Positions 58,992 to 64,000 of a DNA stretch of 64,000 bases are shown piece by piece. The position numbers and the translations under genes are program-made. Where the stretch lies: NCBI GenBank assembly GCA_965116875.1, contig OZ220733.1:384001-448000 (forward strand), in the 5' to 3' direction. Origin of the DNA: Candidatus Latescibacterota bacterium. GTDB lineage: Bacteria > Latescibacterota > UBA2968 > GCA-2709665. How positions within the stretch are numbered: the first letter of the stretch is position 1; each line of letters begins with the position of its first letter. The notes below the pieces were generated by a model. The model worked only from the letters and a program-made list of their open reading frames with translations, had not been told where the DNA came from and searched no databases.

Positions 58992-59837
58992 GTGGCGTAC
59001 GATACACTCGAGGATTTTTTCGGAGACATCGTTGGAAAGGCCCGGCGCGGGTTGGGCCTGTCCGAGTCATCGCTCGCGGACGCGACGGGGTTGAGCGAAG
59101 GAGACATCGGACTGATCGAGAGCTACGAACTCACGCCCGGCGAAGGCGGAATTCTTGCCCTGGCCGGCGCGCTTCAACTGGATGGTCAAAAGCTGATCGG
59201 AATTGCGAAGGGATGGGTGCCTGCGCACGGGAATTCGCCTCACGACGACCTGCGACTGTCCGTCGAGCGAACGATATTGGATGCGGGCATGGAAGTGAAC
59301 GCGTACGCATTGAAGTGCAAGACGACAGGAAAAGGCGCGATTGTGGACGCGGGCGGGCAGGCGGAGCGGATTCTCGCACTTGCGGAGCGTATGCGTATGG
59401 ACGTGACCCACGTGCTTCTTACTCACGGTCACGGCGACCACGTTGGCGCACTTGCCGAAGTCGCCGAGACAACCGGGGCCCGGGTATGTTGTTGCGAACG
59501 AGACTTCGGGCTTCTTGGTGATCTGAAAAGACTCGTGACCGACCTGGTGGACGATGGATGGCAGACCGGAGTGGGGCGAATCGCCATCGACGCGGTGAGC
59601 CTCCCCGGGCATACGGCCGGCGGCATCGGTTATGGCGCCGAGGGGGTGTTCTTTTCGGGCGACGCGCTTTTCGCGGGATCCATGGGCGGTGCGTTGGGTC
59701 CGGCCTATGCCGGTCAGATCAGGGCCGTGACGGACAACGCGCTCTCCCGGGATGAGAAAACCCGTGTTTTTCCCGGGCACGGGCCCATTACGACCATTGG
59801 TGAGGAACTGGCGAACAACCCGTTCTTTACACGATAA
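58992..59837 (+). CDS. Glyoxalase II-like MBL-fold hydrolase with N-terminal XRE-type HTH
   Basis: GGAGG RBS; KARRGLGLS...LA..TGLS...I..IE; THGHGDHVG, PGHT.G, GDALF.GS, PGHGP.TT...E..NNPF. Confidence 0.85.
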   Translation: MAYDTLEDFFGDIVGKARRGLGLSESSLADATGLSEGDIGLIESYELTPGEGGILALAGALQLDGQKLIGIAKGWVPAHGNSPHDDLRLSVERTILDAGMEVNAYALKCKTTGKGAIVDAGGQAERILALAERMRMDVTHVLLTHGHGDHVGALAEVAETTGARVCCCERDFGLLGDLKRLVTDLVDDGWQTGVGRIAIDAVSLPGHTAGGIGYGAEGVFFSGDALFAGSMGGALGPAYAGQIRAVTDNALSRDEKTRVFPGHGPITTIGEELANNPFFTR

Positions 59838-59968
59838 GCCGCGGCGAAAACCCTTCCGGCAGCGGCGGCAGAAGCGGACGGAAGGCCGCGTAAAACCGGC
59901 GTTTACATCTCAGTATCCAGACGATACGGTACCCGAAAAGGCTTGTCTACAATTCAAGGAGCTTGGAT

Positions 59969-62900
59969 ATGTCCAGGTGGGTTCTTCTCTTCGCAATCGT
60001 CTTGTCTTCGTGCGGGATGGCGATGGGCCAGGAGTATTTCGGGAAGAACAAGGTGACGTATGACGATTACGACTGGCATTTTCTGGAGACGGAGCATTTC
60101 AAGATCTACTTTGACAAGGCGTCGCAGCCTGCTGCGGAGTTTGCGGCGAAGGAGGCGGAGCGTGCGCTGGTGCGTCTGGAGAAGGACTTGAAGTATACGC
60201 TGAAGGACCGGTATCCGATTGTGATCTACAACTCGCACAACGGGTTTTCGGTGACGAACATCACGCCGACGGAGCAGTCGGAGTTCACGGGCGGGTTTAC
60301 GGAGTTCGCGCAGGGACGCGTGGTGATCCCGTATACGGGTTCGTATGCCGACTTCCGTCACGTGATTCACCACGAGCTGGTGCACGTGGTGACGCTGGAG
60401 ATGTGGACGGGCGGTGGATGGCTGGGCGCGATGATGACGCAGACGGCGTCGCTGCCGCCGTTGTGGATCGCGGAGGGCGTGGCGGAGTATCTGTCGCAGG
60501 GTGGATGGGACCGCGAGGGCGACAATTTCATGCGTCACGCGACGATCACGGGTTTTGTGCCGGGGATGACGTCGTTGAGCGGTGCGTTCGCGTATAAGGG
60601 GGGTCAGTCCGTCTTCGTGATGATCGAGGAGGAGTATGGCAAGGACAAGGTGGCGGAGTTCATCTCTTCGTTCCGTTCCGCGCGGTCTGTCGACAAGGCG
60701 CTGAAGGCGTCGATCGGTGAGGGTGTGGAGGAGCTGGACGAGAAGTGGCAGTTGTGGCTGAAGCGGCAGTATTGGAACGAGATCAACCTGCACCATCCGT
60801 CGGAGGAGGTGGCGAAGCAGCTGACGGAGGCGGGCGCGGGCCGTGGTTTTTACAACATTGCGCCGTCGTTTTCACCTCAGGGCGACAAGATCGCGTATGT
60901 GACGGAGCGCCAGGGTACGTTCGACATCTATTTGATGTCGGCGATCGACGGTCAGGATCTGGGGCGGCTGGTGGAGGGGGAGCGATCGTCGGACTTCGAG
61001 GGGTTGTTCGTGCTGCGGCCCGGCATCACGTGGTCGCCGGACGGGAAGCAGATCGCGTTTGCGGCGAAGTCGCGCAACAAGAACACGCTGTATACGCTGG
61101 ACGTGAGGAAGAAGCGTGTGACGAAGCGCTTCAAGTTCGATCTGGACGGGTTGTTCGAGCCCACGTGGTCGCCGGACGGGAAACAGATCGCGATCGTGGG
61201 GTTGAAGGACGGGTGGTCGGACGTGTACGTGGTGGACGTGGCGGACGAGTCGCTGCGCCGGATGACGCGTGATCCGTATGACGAGAAGCACCTGGACTGG
61301 TCGCCGGACGGGGAATGGATCGCGATCAGTTCGGACCGTCCGTCGGCGGACCTTTCGTATGACGGGACGAAGGACTTCGAGTTCGGGGTGTATGACGTGT
61401 TCGTGCTGAAGGCGGACGGGAGCGAGATCCGGCGGGTGGTGGAAAGCGAGGTGAACGACAGCCATCCCACGTGGGGTCCGGACTCGCAGACGCTGGCGTT
61501 CGTGTCGGACAGGACGGGCGTGGGCAACGTCTACATCGCGCACGTGGACGGCTCGCAGGTGTATCCGATCAGCAATCTGCTGTCGGGGGCGCGGTATATC
61601 GACTGGAGCGCGGACGGCAGGAAGCTGGCGTTCACGACGTTCCACCGGGGGGGATACGACATCTTCGTGATGAAGGACCCGCTTAAGCGGAAGCGGAGCA
61701 TGGAGGATCTGCCGCTGACGCGCTATGCGAAGCGTCTGGCAGGCATCGAGGACCGGCCGTTCGTGGAGTTGCAGCGCGACCGGCGGCAGGAGCAGAAGGT
61801 TGCCGCGACGGCGGAGGCCGACAGCGGGGCGGTGGCTGCGCAGGAGGACACGGCGGCGGCGGTGGCGGCGGACCGGAAGGTGGAGACGTGGATGTCGGAC
61901 CAGATGGCGCTGGCCGCGGCGGAGGCGAGCGGCGATGACGAGGAAGCCACGGCCGATGCCGACACGCTGGACGGCATCGGCGACAGGGCGCTGACGCTGC
62001 GCGACTGGAACAGGGAATTCACCGTGAACAAGTACCGCGTGAAACTCAAACCGGAGTTCTTCGGGGCCAACGCGGGCTTCGACACCTTCTACGGCGTCAG
62101 CAGCCTCCTGCAGTTGTCGCTGACGGACGTGATGGGCGACCATAGACTCATCATACAGACCGGCCTGAGCTTCTCCCTCAAGGACAGCGATCTCTTCCTC
62201 GGATACCAGAATCTCAAACACCAGACCAACTTCTATATCAGCGCCTTCCACACGCGCCTGTTCTTCTTCGACCGGGGGCAACTGAACGCCGATCGGTATT
62301 TTGGCGCGGAAGCAAGCCTGGTCAGGCCGTTCAGCCGCTTCAGCAGGATGGAACTGGGCACAAGGGGCATCAGGATTTCCCGCGAACGCCTGGAGCGGGA
62401 ACGTTACGACAACCGGTGGGTTCGCCGCGGATTCACCGGCAGCAGCCTGCGCGGGCTGTCGGGCACCGAAGTTGATTCGCGGGGAGCCGTGGTTTCGTAC
62501 CTGGCTCTGGTGGACGACAACTCGCTGATGGGCGGTTTCGGCGCCGTGGACGGGCGGCGGGTGCGGCTTGGCGCTGAAGGAAGCTGGGCGGGAATGCGTT
62601 TTGCGGCATTCAACGTGGACCTTCGCCAGTACCTGCTCACGCTGGGCGAATATACGCTTGCCTTTCGACTCTCCGGCGGCACCAGCTTCGGCCCCAACAA
62701 GCGAGTCTATTTCGTGGGGGGCGTCAACAACCCCGTGAATCCGAACTTCTCCACGTTCGCCAACGTGGATCAGGACCGGATCTTCTTTTCCAGTTTTGTC
62801 TGGCCGCTGCGCGGCGTGGAGTTGTTCGAGTTGGCCGGAGACTCCTATGTGCTGGCCAATGCGGCATTTCGTTTTCCCCTCATCAGGGAACTGGCCATGG

Positions 62901-63220
62901 GATGGCCGCTGCCGCTCTTCTTCCAGAACGTCCAGGGTGAGTTGTTCCTGGACGTCGGCGGCGCCTTTGAAAGGGCGAGGTGGCGGGACGGGTGGATCGC
63001 CCGCGACGGCGGTTTCGAGCTCAACGTGCCGCAACACTTCCGCCAGGGAAGGTCCAAACACGGATTCGAGAAGCCGCAGATGGCCGCCGGGTACGGATTC
63101 GGCGTTCGGGTGAACCTGGGTTATTTCCTGTTCCGATACGATCTGGCCTGGCCCACGGATTTTGCGGAGACCTACCATCCGCACCAGTATTTCTCAATTG
63201 ACATCACCGGGCATTTCTAG
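59969..63220 (+). CDS. Omp85/BamA-family protein with N-terminal HExxH peptidase-like domain and PD40 beta-propeller
   Basis: Signal peptide; FGKNKV.Y; HELVH..WIAEG.AEY; WSPDG repeats; PLRG, RFP, F.DVG, GFGVR, RYD.AW. Confidence 0.85.
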   Translation: MSRWVLLFAIVLSSCGMAMGQEYFGKNKVTYDDYDWHFLETEHFKIYFDKASQPAAEFAAKEAERALVRLEKDLKYTLKDRYPIVIYNSHNGFSVTNITPTEQSEFTGGFTEFAQGRVVIPYTGSYADFRHVIHHELVHVVTLEMWTGGGWLGAMMTQTASLPPLWIAEGVAEYLSQGGWDREGDNFMRHATITGFVPGMTSLSGAFAYKGGQSVFVMIEEEYGKDKVAEFISSFRSARSVDKALKASIGEGVEELDEKWQLWLKRQYWNEINLHHPSEEVAKQLTEAGAGRGFYNIAPSFSPQGDKIAYVTERQGTFDIYLMSAIDGQDLGRLVEGERSSDFEGLFVLRPGITWSPDGKQIAFAAKSRNKNTLYTLDVRKKRVTKRFKFDLDGLFEPTWSPDGKQIAIVGLKDGWSDVYVVDVADESLRRMTRDPYDEKHLDWSPDGEWIAISSDRPSADLSYDGTKDFEFGVYDVFVLKADGSEIRRVVESEVNDSHPTWGPDSQTLAFVSDRTGVGNVYIAHVDGSQVYPISNLLSGARYIDWSADGRKLAFTTFHRGGYDIFVMKDPLKRKRSMEDLPLTRYAKRLAGIEDRPFVELQRDRRQEQKVAATAEADSGAVAAQEDTAAAVAADRKVETWMSDQMALAAAEASGDDEEATADADTLDGIGDRALTLRDWNREFTVNKYRVKLKPEFFGANAGFDTFYGVSSLLQLSLTDVMGDHRLIIQTGLSFSLKDSDLFLGYQNLKHQTNFYISAFHTRLFFFDRGQLNADRYFGAEASLVRPFSRFSRMELGTRGIRISRERLERERYDNRWVRRGFTGSSLRGLSGTEVDSRGAVVSYLALVDDNSLMGGFGAVDGRRVRLGAEGSWAGMRFAAFNVDLRQYLLTLGEYTLAFRLSGGTSFGPNKRVYFVGGVNNPVNPNFSTFANVDQDRIFFSSFVWPLRGVELFELAGDSYVLANAAFRFPLIRELAMGWPLPLFFQNVQGELFLDVGGAFERARWRDGWIARDGGFELNVPQHFRQGRSKHGFEKPQMAAGYGFGVRVNLGYFLFRYDLAWPTDFAETYHPHQYFSIDITGHF

Positions 63221-63318
63221 GAAGCCCAGGCAGCGTCGAACGCCGGGCCACCCCACTGCAGTCCGGTGCGATGTCGAGTGGCGGCGTCTGAATTCAGAGT
63301 TTCGGGAGAACGTGACAA

Positions 63319-63627
63319 ATGGCGGCCAAAGACCACTACAGGGAGGGATTGAAGCTGATCTCCTCCGGCAGCCTCGATGGGGCTCTTGAGAAGTTCCGTC
63401 AGTCGCTGGAAGAGGATCCGGATTTCTACATGGGTCATCTGGGCCTGGCGCAGGTCCTGGACAGGCAGGGTAAAATCGACGATGCCATTCTGCACGCGCG
63501 GGAAGCGATTCGAATCGCTCCGGAAGAGCCGCTTGCGCATACGAGTCTTTCAAGGCTCTACCAGCAGAAGGGCATGATCGAAGAGGCCGAGGAGGCGATG
63601 GAGATGTCCCGGCGGATGCAGTCCTGA
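63319..63627 (+). CDS. Small TPR protein
   Basis: A...F..SL..DPD..MGH.GLA; A..IAPEEPLAHTSLS..YQ.KGMI.EAE. Confidence 0.85.
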   Translation: MAAKDHYREGLKLISSGSLDGALEKFRQSLEEDPDFYMGHLGLAQVLDRQGKIDDAILHAREAIRIAPEEPLAHTSLSRLYQQKGMIEEAEEAMEMSRRMQS

Positions 63628-63654
63628 CCACCCCGGAAATTGGTTAACGGCGAC

Positions 63655-63688
63655 AGGGCGCGAACGTAACGGTTCGCGCCCTTTGTTT
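63655..63688 (+). terminator. Intrinsic terminator between convergent genes
   Basis: AGGGCGCGAAC-GTAACG-GTTCGCGCCCT-TTGTTT (perfect 11-bp stem). Confidence 0.8.
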
Positions 63689-64000
63689 ATTTGTTCTCAT
63701 TGGCATCGCCTTGTTGCACGGCGCCGAGCCGGCGGGCGAGCAGAAGGCGTATCAGCCCCGGTCCGCCCCCAACCAGGTACGTGACAAAGGCAATGCCGTG
63801 CATCACCGTTGCATAGGCAAGCGCGTCCGTAAGAGGAACGTTGAATACCGCGTGGAGGGTCTGGCTGCAGAAATAATGGTACGTGCCCGTCCCTCCCGGC
63901 GTGGGGATAATGACGCCGATGGTTGAAATCACGAGGACAACAATGGCATCATAAAAACCGAGGTGGTAACGGGACGGGAAGCCGAACGCGAAGAACGTGA
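63687..64000 (-). CDS. Lysylphosphatidylglycerol synthase TM / UPF0104 membrane protein (5' end outside window)
   Basis: IGVIIPTPGGTGTYH...ALAYATVMH motif; frame open to the window edge. Confidence 0.75.
   Translation of the reverse strand, partial: TFFAFGFPSRYHLGFYDAIVVLVISTIGVIIPTPGGTGTYHYFCSQTLHAVFNVPLTDALAYATVMHGIAFVTYLVGGGPGLIRLLLARRLGAVQQGDANENK

Noticed and set aside
60872-63184. 770-aa minus-strand ORF (and 59954-60796)
   Set aside because: Antisense shadows of the Omp85-family gene caused by biased codon usage

Overview
High-GC bacterial chromosomal segment with about 43 protein-coding genes. I found no rRNA, tRNA, CRISPR array, transposase or integrase. Gene content includes five PhyH-type Fe(II)/2OG oxygenases, three heparinase II/III-like lyases, a sulfatase, a DUF6785-like membrane protein, GWxTD proteins, a dockerin-like repeat and a TonB-dependent receptor (TBDR)/T9SS-CTD/PorV cassette. 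This content suggests an FCB-group organism (Latescibacterota/Gemmatimonadota-like), which is an inference. The left two-thirds is accessory catabolic and tailoring enzymes plus a BlaI/BlaR1-TonB sensor with visible operators. The right third is envelope genes and housekeeping genes (sucD, rpiA). Top leads: (1) four of the five PhyH-like enzymes carry H-x-A/G instead of the H-x-D/E iron motif, the signature of radical halogenases; (2) a compact OMP-TBDR-CTD protein-PorV operon lies behind a leader with a premature terminator and may be a SusD-free uptake module; (3) a translationally coupled small gene plus DTGF aspartic protease pair has a toxin-antitoxin-like layout. Several families of non-coding miniature repeats also occur, one nested inside itself. 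All family calls come from motif recognition by eye; no database searches were run.
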